Source: a virus. Taken from it: a stretch of DNA of 64,000 nucleotides. Positions 45,912 through 55,819 of the stretch are shown here, piece after piece. A model generated the notes under the pieces. The model saw nothing but the letters and a program-made list of their open reading frames with translations. It did not search any database and was not told the DNA's origin. The DNA lies in IMG/VR virus record IMGVR_UViG_3300009506_000019, positions 102,062-166,061 of that record. The stretch is one strand, 5' to 3'. Position 1 is the stretch's first letter, and the number at the start of each line of letters is the position of its first letter. The position numbers and the translations under genes were made by a program.

Positions 45912-48259
45912 GACTGCTCTCCTGGCATTATACCACTGACATCGCCGCTCCAAGCTCTGTCATCATTACCATGTCCAACGACGAGTGATCTTGGGTCGCC
46001 AGTCCTTACCACCTCTGGCTCTTGACCATCCAACATATGGGATAATCTATCCATTGCTTCTTCATCATTGATGGACCCCATACCATCGCTGAGATTGTTT
46101 TCTACCTCCTTCAATCTCACTATCTCACCACTCGCCATGTCTCTGAGAATTCCCTCAGAGTCCAAGATTTTACGTAATTGTCTTGCATCAGCTGATGGAT
46201 AGCCTTCTGCTTCCAAATGCTCTTCAATAATCTCGAGGAGCTGCCAAGGATCTCCAGAATTTACTGCCCTTCTGAATTCTGGGCCATCCATATCTGCCCA
46301 AAGCGGAGAATCAGTGTGTCCTTCTCTAATGAGGTTGCAAAGCTCGGTAATTTCAGAGGCACCCCAATTTCCGAATCGTCCTTTGTGATCCCACAACACG
46401 GAACCTGTATCTTTTGTGGCTGGATCTCTCTTCCCAGATGGTCCAGTGCCACCACCGTCGCCTTCTTTATCTGCAGCAGCTGCACCACCACCCATAGGAG
46501 CATTGGGTGTTGTACCACCACCGCCAGGAGTAGGAAGCCCACCTGGAGGCGCACCACCAGGAGCACCAGTAGGCTTAGGCCCACCCGGCATTGGCGGTAA
46601 TTTTCCGCCACCAGCTGGAGCACCTGGGCCACCAGCCAGCTGGTCTGGTGAAATATACTGATTGAGTTCCTGCTCGTAATGTTGCTCTTCCTTGATCTTG
46701 TTGACTTCTTCTTCGAATTTTCTCCCAACAGCCGCATACTTTGTCGTCTTGGAGAAACGAATTCCCATCTGCTCCAAGGTACTCATAGCTGTAACAAGCT
46801 CGCTGTCGATATTGTGATCGAGCCGTTTTTCCCATTCCAGCTTCGGAACAATCCATCGATTTTCCAGCTCTAATTCCCGATTGGAACGTTTTACACGATA
46901 ACGGAAATTGAGTTCTTTCTTGTCCCGTTTGATCCAACCATTGATCTTGGCAATTGGCAGAAAGAATTTTGGTATCAACCATGTGTTCACAAAGAAATTG
47001 CGGATTGACTTCATTCTTTGCAAGAACACAGACAATCCGGTGATAGACGACGCGTATGTTACTTCACCATGAAGGAAGCTTTTGCTGATGCCCATTGCGA
47101 TGAGCTTGATGCGCTCAATCACTTCATGATGTTGGCTGATATTCATAATACGATCGGTAGTACCGACCATTTCGAATTGAATACCATAGTGATAGACGAG
47201 CCATGCGTTGACGTCCAACTCAGCTTGAGCCAATAATTGCAAAAGCCGTTTTTCGTGCTCTTGAGAGGGAATCCAACCAGTCTGTGGATTACCAAGTTTG
47301 GCAACCTTAATAGGACCCGCATGGCGTCGAGCTGTTGCAATACTTGCATTGTAAATCGCGTCTTCATACATCAAAATCCGCCACATGCGACTAATAATGG
47401 ATGTTCCACGCGTGTCATATGGATGCATACGACGTGGAATAAAGGTCATGTTGATTGGACTGAGTGGAATATTTTGACGAGCAATGAGTCTTGAAATCAA
47501 CTCTGGCGGCATCTGCTCGCGCACCTGACGCAACAAATGATTACTCGAAGTCAGAACAGCACGCAATCTATCGTCAGGAATGAATTCAACGATAGGCTCC
47601 ATCTTGATGAATGGAGCGTCAATAACTTCTAGCTGATCTGGATTATGAAGAGCAATATATGTCCAGATTCCCTTCACATCATCAAAGAAACAATGGGGTA
47701 CACACTCACCGATAACCATGAATTCTTTGACCATGTACTCAAGAATTCTGAGTACCTGTGTCTCACGACACATGGTTTCGAAGGCTTCTTTGATTTCGCC
47801 AGTTACGCCTTCACCAGATAACTGAAAATCCGACCATGGCATGGTCGAATACATATCGAGACAGTTACCGATGACTGGATCAAGCTTATAGAAAAGCCGC
47901 CAATAACGATTAGCAAGAATACGATGAACCGGATACTGCTGACGATCTGGAGACTCGAATTCTGGTTGATAAGGACGCTGCGGCGTAATCATCGTGCCGC
48001 CACCGCCACCACGAAATCCAGGGAACGTCACACCAGTAGGGCAATTGGCTTGTTTTTGCATTGGGGACAACTCTGCCCCCTCTGGCAACAATCCAGCAAA
48101 GAATTGCCTTGAAGCTGTTCCATGCGTGCCTGACATACCAGGAACAAATTGCTCAAACCGATCACGAAGTTGTTCTATGGTATTCGGTGTAAGCCCATGA
48201 GGCATTTCTTGGGCGGCTTGTTTTCTGGCATCGCCATATGTACTTCCTTTGATTATCAT
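45908..48259 (-). CDS. Portal protein with C-terminal extension
   Basis: IGNCLDMYSTMP, EFMVIGEC, RGTSIISR, PIKVAKLG and MGISKSFLHGEVTYAS motifs; position near TerL. Confidence 0.85.
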   Translation of the reverse strand: MIIKGSTYGDARKQAAQEMPHGLTPNTIEQLRDRFEQFVPGMSGTHGTASRQFFAGLLPEGAELSPMQKQANCPTGVTFPGFRGGGGGTMITPQRPYQPEFESPDRQQYPVHRILANRYWRLFYKLDPVIGNCLDMYSTMPWSDFQLSGEGVTGEIKEAFETMCRETQVLRILEYMVKEFMVIGECVPHCFFDDVKGIWTYIALHNPDQLEVIDAPFIKMEPIVEFIPDDRLRAVLTSSNHLLRQVREQMPPELISRLIARQNIPLSPINMTFIPRRMHPYDTRGTSIISRMWRILMYEDAIYNASIATARRHAGPIKVAKLGNPQTGWIPSQEHEKRLLQLLAQAELDVNAWLVYHYGIQFEMVGTTDRIMNISQHHEVIERIKLIAMGISKSFLHGEVTYASSITGLSVFLQRMKSIRNFFVNTWLIPKFFLPIAKINGWIKRDKKELNFRYRVKRSNRELELENRWIVPKLEWEKRLDHNIDSELVTAMSTLEQMGIRFSKTTKYAAVGRKFEEEVNKIKEEQHYEQELNQYISPDQLAGGPGAPAGGGKLPPMPGGPKPTGAPGGAPPGGLPTPGGGGTTPNAPMGGGAAAADKEGDGGGTGPSGKRDPATKDTGSVLWDHKGRFGNWGASEITELCNLIREGHTDSPLWADMDGPEFRRAVNSGDPWQLLEIIEEHLEAEGYPSADARQLRKILDSEGILRDMASGEIVRLKEVENNLSDGMGSINDEEAMDRLSHMLDGQEPEVVRTGDPRSLVVGHGNDDRAWSGDVSGIMPGEQS

Positions 48260-48281
48260 CTCAAGTCCGCCTTTTATTTAG

Positions 48282-50075
48282 TCAATCACAACGATCTTTT
48301 TCGTTCAATGCATTTCGGTATGTGGCTTCTTCCTTTTCTTCTGGTCTGGGAATATCTCTGTTTTCTCGATCTTCTGTGCCATCTGTGTACTCGTTTTCAA
48401 AAATGTCATCTTCAGGAAACCACGTCTTGGTAGCTACCTTATAGGAGATAGCTTTGATGGTTTCATCACCTAAAGTTTCTTCAACTTCTTCTGGGTTGTA
48501 ATCTGGATAACCAAGCTCCGGTCGTCTTCCAAGAAGCTGTTCAATTTGTTCTTTGAGTTTTTTGTCTCTCAACATTGCTCGAACAAGTTGATCTATCATA
48601 TCAACGTATTCTGCATTTGGCTCCACATGTTGTAGAATAAGCTTTGCAAGTGGTGTGATATTCGCCTTTTCGATGGCTTCCATCGCAATTTCTGAATATC
48701 CAGCTACTTTCAAGATCATAGCCTTCTTTTCTTCAGAAGGCGTCTGATCTTCTTGTCCGCGTCGATCTTCTGGTTCACCATACAATGCATTGCGAAGTCG
48801 TTCTACGGGCACCTCACGAATATCGCCAAGCATATAGCTAGGCATATGCTTAAGATAAATATCGGCAGCTTCTCCCGCAGACTCAACTCCGAGGACGATT
48901 TTGTCCTCGTCGTACTCCCCTTCTTCGGTGAGCTGCTCAATAATGAATGCCACAGGCGAAGCACTTTCTCTATCAGCCAAGTAGATGTCGAGTTCTTCGC
49001 CATCGTTACCCTCCACTCCTCGGGCATAACCGTAGTCGGCCTTCATGTGGGTAACGTATGTATCAGCTCCTTCATACGAACGGATGGAGCCATTAGGCCA
49101 CTCGACATCGATGTCGATACCTTGGAAGTTTACGGTGTCCTTTACTGGATCATTTGCCTTTTTCTCGAGTTTGTCACGTACGGTGTCGAGTACAGCATCC
49201 CAATCGTCATCGAACACGATATTACGATCATCGATGTACATGTGGGCTGGTGGTTTCTTCCCAACATACACGTCTGTGAATGGGATGTCATTTTCTACAA
49301 GAATGTTCTCTATGTCAAAGAGAAGAGAATCCTCTTGTTCTTTGGTTTTGGCAAAATACATCCTAGCTGTATACACAGATACTCGTGCACCGCCATCAAT
49401 CATCTCATACATAGCTTCGCGAACACCAGGTTTTGGTGCTCCGAATAGATTCTTACCATCTTCCTCGTACACATCGCCTGGTGGAGTGTCGAGAATGGTA
49501 CCATCCAGATCTACAGCTATCCAGATTTGTTTCGGTCCTTTATTGGGATCGATTTCTTCTTCCGCAACCCTGGAACTATGTAGAACGATGTCGTATTTCT
49601 CTCCGGCATCTTCGTATCTTGGGTTGAGCGGCCCGGTTCCTTGGGCGTATGGCTCGTAGGTTGGCTGCTCAAGTGGGTCAACATCATCATCATTTTGATT
49701 TTCGCCTAACTTCAGATCGGCGTCTTCGAAACTGTTCTCATCAGAGTAAGACTCGTCCCATCGGCCGTGCTGAGTGTCTTTTTGCTGTACTTTACCTTTT
49801 TCTCTTTCGGTTGTTAATTGTGTAAGTTCCTCCCCAATCTCAGCTTGTCTTGGCCTTTTGAATTGATCGAACTCTGGACCAGTATTGGTTTCGTCTTGAA
49901 TTTCTCCAGCAGGAAATTCTCTGGTATAATGTTCTTGAACACCCTCCTGCCCGCCGACATCACCTTCAGTTTCTTTGTCTACTACATTAACAGCAGCAAG
50001 CTTGTCAAGACTGCGACGAAGTTCACAAAGTTCCAATCGATTTGGATACAGTCTCTTCAGTTTACCTGCTACCAT
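48282..50075 (-). CDS. Modular head protein: HAD phosphatase domain plus inorganic pyrophosphatase-like (InPase) domain
   Basis: IAVDLDGTI...VYTAR...KKPPAHMYIDDR (HAD); FQGIDIDVEWPNGSIR...DYGYARGVEGNDGEELDIYL...DEDKIVLG (InPase). Confidence 0.78.
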   Translation of the reverse strand: MVAGKLKRLYPNRLELCELRRSLDKLAAVNVVDKETEGDVGGQEGVQEHYTREFPAGEIQDETNTGPEFDQFKRPRQAEIGEELTQLTTEREKGKVQQKDTQHGRWDESYSDENSFEDADLKLGENQNDDDVDPLEQPTYEPYAQGTGPLNPRYEDAGEKYDIVLHSSRVAEEEIDPNKGPKQIWIAVDLDGTILDTPPGDVYEEDGKNLFGAPKPGVREAMYEMIDGGARVSVYTARMYFAKTKEQEDSLLFDIENILVENDIPFTDVYVGKKPPAHMYIDDRNIVFDDDWDAVLDTVRDKLEKKANDPVKDTVNFQGIDIDVEWPNGSIRSYEGADTYVTHMKADYGYARGVEGNDGEELDIYLADRESASPVAFIIEQLTEEGEYDEDKIVLGVESAGEAADIYLKHMPSYMLGDIREVPVERLRNALYGEPEDRRGQEDQTPSEEKKAMILKVAGYSEIAMEAIEKANITPLAKLILQHVEPNAEYVDMIDQLVRAMLRDKKLKEQIEQLLGRRPELGYPDYNPEEVEETLGDETIKAISYKVATKTWFPEDDIFENEYTDGTEDRENRDIPRPEEKEEATYRNALNEKDRCD

Positions 50076-52102
50076 CTTCTCATGCCCCCTATACCAGCTT
50101 TAGTAGGGCTGAATAATCTACCCATCTGTCCCATTTGAAATTGCTGGCCACCAATTTCTTCACGCTTCAGACGAGCTTCGCGAGATCGCAATTTAGCACC
50201 AGTAGGCATGATTTGGGAATCCTGACACAAATGGTGAAGATGTACTAATACGACCGCAACGTCGTCAGAATTCCAGCCTCTGCGCTTACCTTTTTGTGGG
50301 TTGTATACTTTTTTGTCGTCAATAGAACGCTCAAGACGTTCCAACTCATAGATACCAACGGCAGCAGGCGATTTGAATGGTGGATCAAGCTCGTCATCTT
50401 CTTGTTCTTTCGGAAGAAGACGAACTCTACCCATCATGCTGTCTGCTACAAAGTTTACAAAATGTTCCGGCTTGATAGACTTCTGTTCAGCCATCACGCC
50501 CGTGTTGCGAATTTGCTGAATAAGTGTAACACTGTTCCAACGGTCAAACTCTACCTTTGCGATCTTTTGACGCTGTTTTTGAGTTTTTATGATATCTACA
50601 CATGCATCAAACCATACTTCCATATCCTCGCTTGGAAGAATACGCATCACCCAATCTACTACGGTGATGTATTCCATTGACAAGTCTTCTAGCTGCTTAA
50701 TCTCAAGATGACCACACGCTCCAGCAAAAGAGTCAAAATTTTGCCCAGCATCAAATACTACAAATCGTGATGCGTCCCTACGTAGGGCACAGTCTGTCAT
50801 CATGGCCTTATGATATCTTTGACCAGTCTTATCAATAAAGGGCATTACCTCTATAACGGCTGTAGGAGCAAGCTCTATATCAATCACTCGCTCTTCAAAT
50901 TTTTCAGGATCAGTGACCAATGGATTTGCAGCTAGAGGAGGCCGTGCGCCAAAATCACGTTCCGTGCCCACAGGATCTTTTTCATACGCCTCGTCGTAAT
51001 ATTCACGCTTCTCTTCAGGATTGAATTCCCAAGTAGCGTAATGAAATGAATACATCTTTTTGATGTTGGTGGACTTATATAAAAGGTCCATACCTTTATC
51101 TTCTACCGAAATTGGAGAAGAGATAGAGGCAATCAAACCTAACCAATTAACGAGCCCATGGTTGTTCACAGCAGATCGTACAGTACGAAGAGAGTTCTCC
51201 ATAACGCGGTAAGCTTCATCAGCACCAAGAGAAGATTCTGTCTGTTTGAAACGACAAAGCTCATCTACGAATGACGCAATACGAGTACGACCGGCGAGAC
51301 CACCAGAGTTAGAGTTCTTTGAATTGAACTTTACATACATATGACCATTTTCAATTTCACGAATGGTCTCTTTATATACCCACTTCTCCATCCCCTCTGG
51401 AGTATCTTGATTTCGTTGTTCTCGTTTCACCCATTTGACATACCTTCTAAACCAGGGTGATTCAATACGAAAGCTCTTATAATAAGCCCAAATCGTATCG
51501 TTTGACTGTACTTCCGTGGACGCAATAAAAGTTACTTCGAATGGCTGCTTCGGCAAAACACCAAAATAATTAGCAAGTTTACATCCTGGTTGATTCAACG
51601 CGATATTAATAAGGCGATGTTCTACGTACGCTCCAATCATGCCAACAGTCGCGGTCTTTCCTGACCGCATGCCAACAATACCATGCAACTGATTGTAGCG
51701 TGCTAGCAAACCATCTTGTAAAAATTCTGTTCTGGTTGTTCCACACTTTGGGCAAATATCATCATTGTACTTTGGCGACCATACAAGAAGATTTTCTGAT
51801 TCTAGATATTCTCTGCCTTTATCCCAACAGTCGATAGCATCTGGACTTATTGGGTTACAGATCGGACAGCGATACTGAAACAAATCCCTCAGCACCTGAT
51901 ACTGCCGCTTGTGTTTGAAAACAGACGGAATATTCAGGTACTGAGGGGAGTGAACAAATTCAATAATGTTTGGGGCAGGAATAGCCAGATAATCTTTTTC
52001 GGGGTCGTGTTTCTCCTGCTGTTGATCAATAAGTACAGAAGATACTATGGCCCCTATAGAAGATTTGATGTCCGCTGATCCGCCTCCGTCAAACACACTC
52101 AA
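50069..52102 (-). CDS. terL: Terminase large subunit
   Basis: Walker A GMRSGKT, Walker B SFVDE, coupling motif ISSP, nuclease acidic motifs FDAG, FDRWNS and SDD. Confidence 0.92.
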   Translation of the reverse strand: MSVFDGGGSADIKSSIGAIVSSVLIDQQQEKHDPEKDYLAIPAPNIIEFVHSPQYLNIPSVFKHKRQYQVLRDLFQYRCPICNPISPDAIDCWDKGREYLESENLLVWSPKYNDDICPKCGTTRTEFLQDGLLARYNQLHGIVGMRSGKTATVGMIGAYVEHRLINIALNQPGCKLANYFGVLPKQPFEVTFIASTEVQSNDTIWAYYKSFRIESPWFRRYVKWVKREQRNQDTPEGMEKWVYKETIREIENGHMYVKFNSKNSNSGGLAGRTRIASFVDELCRFKQTESSLGADEAYRVMENSLRTVRSAVNNHGLVNWLGLIASISSPISVEDKGMDLLYKSTNIKKMYSFHYATWEFNPEEKREYYDEAYEKDPVGTERDFGARPPLAANPLVTDPEKFEERVIDIELAPTAVIEVMPFIDKTGQRYHKAMMTDCALRRDASRFVVFDAGQNFDSFAGACGHLEIKQLEDLSMEYITVVDWVMRILPSEDMEVWFDACVDIIKTQKQRQKIAKVEFDRWNSVTLIQQIRNTGVMAEQKSIKPEHFVNFVADSMMGRVRLLPKEQEDDELDPPFKSPAAVGIYELERLERSIDDKKVYNPQKGKRRGWNSDDVAVVLVHLHHLCQDSQIMPTGAKLRSREARLKREEIGGQQFQMGQMGRLFSPTKAGIGGMRRW

Positions 52103-52488
52103 CCTTGTACTGCCCTTGCTACTCCAGGTGCCATTGCGTTCGCCAACCCAGGAGGCACCGAAGAAGCTGCAGAAATGCCAGAACGAGCGGCTCTGATTTG
52201 AGTCCAGAACTTCTCGTGCGTGTTCACCAATTGAGGATCGACAACCCTATGTCTGCCAATCCATTGAAACTCCCATGTGTCTATGGTAAACGTGTGCATG
52301 ATTGGAGCAAGATTCAGCATGATTTGTTGTTGCTCTTGGGTTTGAGTGGGCAGCACACGCTCTTGAATGGTCAATACCTTTTTCAATACGACAGTGCGAT
52401 TTTCGACTGACTCCTCTTGTACAATACCAAGATAGAAGCGTCCACCTCTGTCCTGGTACATGTACAAATCCTTCTTCTCCTCTGACAT
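52099..52488 (-). CDS. Small Sm-like/SH3-barrel protein
   Basis: GRFYLG...VVLKKVL...LAP...SGI pattern resembling phage Sm-like proteins. Confidence 0.4.
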   Translation of the reverse strand: MSEEKKDLYMYQDRGGRFYLGIVQEESVENRTVVLKKVLTIQERVLPTQTQEQQQIMLNLAPIMHTFTIDTWEFQWIGRHRVVDPQLVNTHEKFWTQIRAARSGISAASSVPPGLANAMAPGVARAVQG

Positions 52489-52540
52489 TTTTCTCTCCTA
52501 TACCCGCGAAATGCGGGACTCCCCAAATGGGGGTAAGTTA

Positions 52541-53992
52541 CTACTTGAGGGTAACCAAAGCCTCGGCAGCATGCTCTGGGTATCGACGGCTGATAGCTTC
52601 TTTGATATCAACGTCTTGATAACCCTCACGCAACATGGCCTTCACTTCGTTTTGAACTTGCTCAACGGTAGCTGCACGTTTGGACCATGAGACGTATTCC
52701 ACGTCATCAACGGGAAGAGCATCGGTCTTCAAAAAAGCTGACCACCCCTCTTCATTCAGCTTCTGAGCTACTGCTTCGCTACCGGCGTCCTTGCTCCACG
52801 GATGCCACCCACCATCCATATACATGTAGGCCATGCCATCAAGATAGTTGGTTTCACCCTCTTCATATGGATCTGGAACCTCCAAACTACCGCTTGCTCC
52901 AATCATGAATTCACCACCAACGTTGACAAGGTATGTCTCATCAACGAACTGTGGATTGTTCATCTGAGCTGCTTTGATGAGCTTTGCGCCGCTACGCAAG
53001 AATCGTTTCGGCACCATGGTAGAAAGACACATCGCAGGGAAATTCACCTGCAGCATCTTGCCTTCACCACACGAGTCCTTGAGAACCTTGCCACGCTCTC
53101 CACTCGGCACGATCAAATGACCGCCACCACGTTCTCGAGCTTGAATGTCCTCTATGAGAACAACATCAGCACCGATTCCAAAGAGCTTGTCACGGCAACG
53201 TTCTGCTGGGTCTAGAATCTCATCCTGGACATCATGATCCCAAAGCTCAGGGCGTTCAGCCGGAACATCAATGTTGGTGCGCTTGCGTGGCTCTCCTGCC
53301 TTCTTGTCCATGGCGATCCATGCATTAAATTTCGGATCATCCGTGTTATCCTTTGATGCGTGATTCTCGGCTGTTTTCTCATATTGACGGCGGAAGTTGT
53401 AGGGATTTCGAGCACCAGGACTGAACATGTGTTCGTGGTTGGTGATGGGCTCACGCGCACCTTCGCCCTGAGATGGCACACCTTCCAAAGGTGGAGAAAA
53501 CATCGGACGAATGCTGGTCTCTTTCTGTAAAGAACCACGTTTCACCAGGTCATCGAGAGCCGGTCCACACATGACATAGGGAGCATTGTCATAAAAGAAC
53601 ACGGCTGGCTCAACAAGCTGCTTGTTTCTCACGATGACCGGCACATCAATGTGAGCCCTATGACCCATCAACGTGCCCAATGTCACCCCTACCTTGATCA
53701 CGCCATCTTCAATCACACCATGCTGATCAACAGAATCACGGACCATTCCTTGATACTGAAGCTTTGGTCTGACTGGTAAAGCAAAACTGCCGAGTAGGGA
53801 TGATACCAACTCGATAGCCTTCACATGTGCACGACGTGTAGAATCGAGTTTTGTGCCCTTCTCTCCTCGACTCAGATCAAACATCAGGTCTGCCGTGCGA
53901 GGCGAAGTACCGTGCAATGCACCACGGATCTGGGCTTTGGTTGCTTCTCTTTTGGCTCGAAGCCCCTTCTTTGCATCTTCAAACAGACCCAT
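52541..53992 (-). CDS. Modular head/internal protein
   Basis: Likely start MGLFED at 53992 after GGGAGA; IDVPVIVRNKQLVEP motif; several K-x-A sites. Confidence 0.55.
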   Translation of the reverse strand: MGLFEDAKKGLRAKREATKAQIRGALHGTSPRTADLMFDLSRGEKGTKLDSTRRAHVKAIELVSSLLGSFALPVRPKLQYQGMVRDSVDQHGVIEDGVIKVGVTLGTLMGHRAHIDVPVIVRNKQLVEPAVFFYDNAPYVMCGPALDDLVKRGSLQKETSIRPMFSPPLEGVPSQGEGAREPITNHEHMFSPGARNPYNFRRQYEKTAENHASKDNTDDPKFNAWIAMDKKAGEPRKRTNIDVPAERPELWDHDVQDEILDPAERCRDKLFGIGADVVLIEDIQARERGGGHLIVPSGERGKVLKDSCGEGKMLQVNFPAMCLSTMVPKRFLRSGAKLIKAAQMNNPQFVDETYLVNVGGEFMIGASGSLEVPDPYEEGETNYLDGMAYMYMDGGWHPWSKDAGSEAVAQKLNEEGWSAFLKTDALPVDDVEYVSWSKRAATVEQVQNEVKAMLREGYQDVDIKEAISRRYPEHAAEALVTLK

Positions 53993-54002
53993 TTTCTTCT
54001 CC

Positions 54003-55808
54003 CTACTTATACAGCAATAAATCGCTGTCAAAGATCTCGTAATCCGTAATCCTGCCAGCAGTCACCAATGTGTCTCCCAGCATAGTTTTGTACTCGTCTG
54101 TGAACATCGTCTTTCGCAACTTGGATTCATCCTTGGGATCAAATCCAAGAGAGTCAATCCACTTCGAGATAGTTTCATCATTCACAATTGCTATTTTAGC
54201 ATAGCCGGGATCACCTTCATATTCCTCACCACTATCGTACTCATTCCACTCGGGACTATAGTTGTCATACAGCGTCAATGACCCATTTGCAAGCTTCACC
54301 AAATCTACCCCAGCCAACTCATTATCTGGGCTAGGGGACTTGATTGTTACTTGGGCTATCGATGCAGATGGTCGTACAGCAACCGGCCAGTCTTCATTGA
54401 TATACTTTGGATCATAACCAATCTGACGTTTCCAATGTTTTCCGTAATTTCCACCACCATCAGCAGAACCTCCAGGTCCTGGAGCATTTGCTGTGTCAAA
54501 TGGATCTACGTGTCCTGGGTCGCCATCACCAAACGGGTTCTCAGTGTCAGGCAAGGTGTTATGACGAAACCTGGACTCTGGATTACGATTGTCAATTTCC
54601 CCAGGTTGTCTCTTGTCTGTGCTATCTGGTTGACGATGTTCCTGTGCAGACTTCAAAAATGGGAAAGTAGCGAGCATTCGCTGTTCCCATTCATTTGGTT
54701 GTTCTTCCTCGGCTGTAGTTATAGTTCGAAGAGTGTCATATGAAGTGGCAACACCCTCTTTTTCAGAATTGATTCTAGCCTTTTGTGGCGCAGACCACGA
54801 TCTGTTAATATCTCTTTCGATTTCGCTCAGCGCTCGTTTTTTACCTGTCAGCGGTGTAGATAAACAGCTGCCCACAGTCACCTTGTTATCTTCACACCAC
54901 CCTGCATTTACCTCGATAACATCAGTGCAGATTGCAGACCAGGATCCCATTTGTCGTGGCTGAACATTAGCAATTATTTTTACAACCTTGCTGTTGTCAA
55001 CAAACAGGATATCAATGGGAAATCTCACATCTCCCATATGAAAGGTTGCAGATCTTTTAGCCGTAAATGGAAACCACAACCCCCTGTCGTCAGGCAGATA
55101 GTCATATGCTTGAAGACCACTGGCTTGTTGCTGTGGAGTGGCTGCTACGTCACAATAAAGCTCTGTCTTCCCAAAAGCCACTTTTGCGTTTGCACGTTCT
55201 GGACGTACCCAACGAGATGCAGATAATCCTTTCATAGGCTGCATGTTCATCATCATTTGTTGCTGGGTACGCATCTGCTGATCTTGGAGTGAGCGGGTTT
55301 GCTCCATTTCCTGTTGAGCAAGATTTTTGTCTGTCTGTTCCTGCAGATTTTCTTCATCAGCTTGATCTATACGCTCCAATTCTTCAAACTGATCGCCAGC
55401 AGGTTCATTTGGATTCTTTTGAGCCACCAATGTTTGAAGATCATTGATCTTTTGTTGTAGGGTCTGCACTTGTTTTCTGGTAAAATCTAATTCCTTTTTA
55501 CGCATTTCGTTCTGTTTGGCCTCGTCATCTGATGGAGATACATCTTCCACGGGAGGTGTAACAGCTGGATTGTTTTGTGGATTTTCTGATTGAACGGGTA
55601 CAGGAACCGGCACCATTTGTGATACTTTTTGCATATTTTGGGATGTAGCGGCCACGGTCTGCCCCACTTGATTTTCGTCAATGGATGAGGTAATTTCTAC
55701 AATATATCCGTGAAAGCCAGCACGTTCTTTTCTGCCTACAACCTTCCCTTCTCGTCCATCGCCCAGGCGAACTTTATCGCCTTTTGAAAAAGTAGGTTGC
55801 TCGTTCAT
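54003..55808 (-). CDS. Modular head protein with SH3-like N-terminus and DUF192 domain
   Basis: FSKGDKVRL; CDVAATPQQQASGL...GLWFPF...FHMGDVRFPIDILFVD...VIEVNAGW is the DUF192 pattern. Confidence 0.72.
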   Translation of the reverse strand: MNEQPTFSKGDKVRLGDGREGKVVGRKERAGFHGYIVEITSSIDENQVGQTVAATSQNMQKVSQMVPVPVPVQSENPQNNPAVTPPVEDVSPSDDEAKQNEMRKKELDFTRKQVQTLQQKINDLQTLVAQKNPNEPAGDQFEELERIDQADEENLQEQTDKNLAQQEMEQTRSLQDQQMRTQQQMMMNMQPMKGLSASRWVRPERANAKVAFGKTELYCDVAATPQQQASGLQAYDYLPDDRGLWFPFTAKRSATFHMGDVRFPIDILFVDNSKVVKIIANVQPRQMGSWSAICTDVIEVNAGWCEDNKVTVGSCLSTPLTGKKRALSEIERDINRSWSAPQKARINSEKEGVATSYDTLRTITTAEEEQPNEWEQRMLATFPFLKSAQEHRQPDSTDKRQPGEIDNRNPESRFRHNTLPDTENPFGDGDPGHVDPFDTANAPGPGGSADGGGNYGKHWKRQIGYDPKYINEDWPVAVRPSASIAQVTIKSPSPDNELAGVDLVKLANGSLTLYDNYSPEWNEYDSGEEYEGDPGYAKIAIVNDETISKWIDSLGFDPKDESKLRKTMFTDEYKTMLGDTLVTAGRITDYEIFDSDLLLYK

Positions 55809-55819
55809 GACTCATGTTA

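Noticed and set aside
45908-52102. Inteins or introns in TerL or portal
   Set aside because: ORFs are uninterrupted, with no C...HN splice motifs or homing endonuclease motifs
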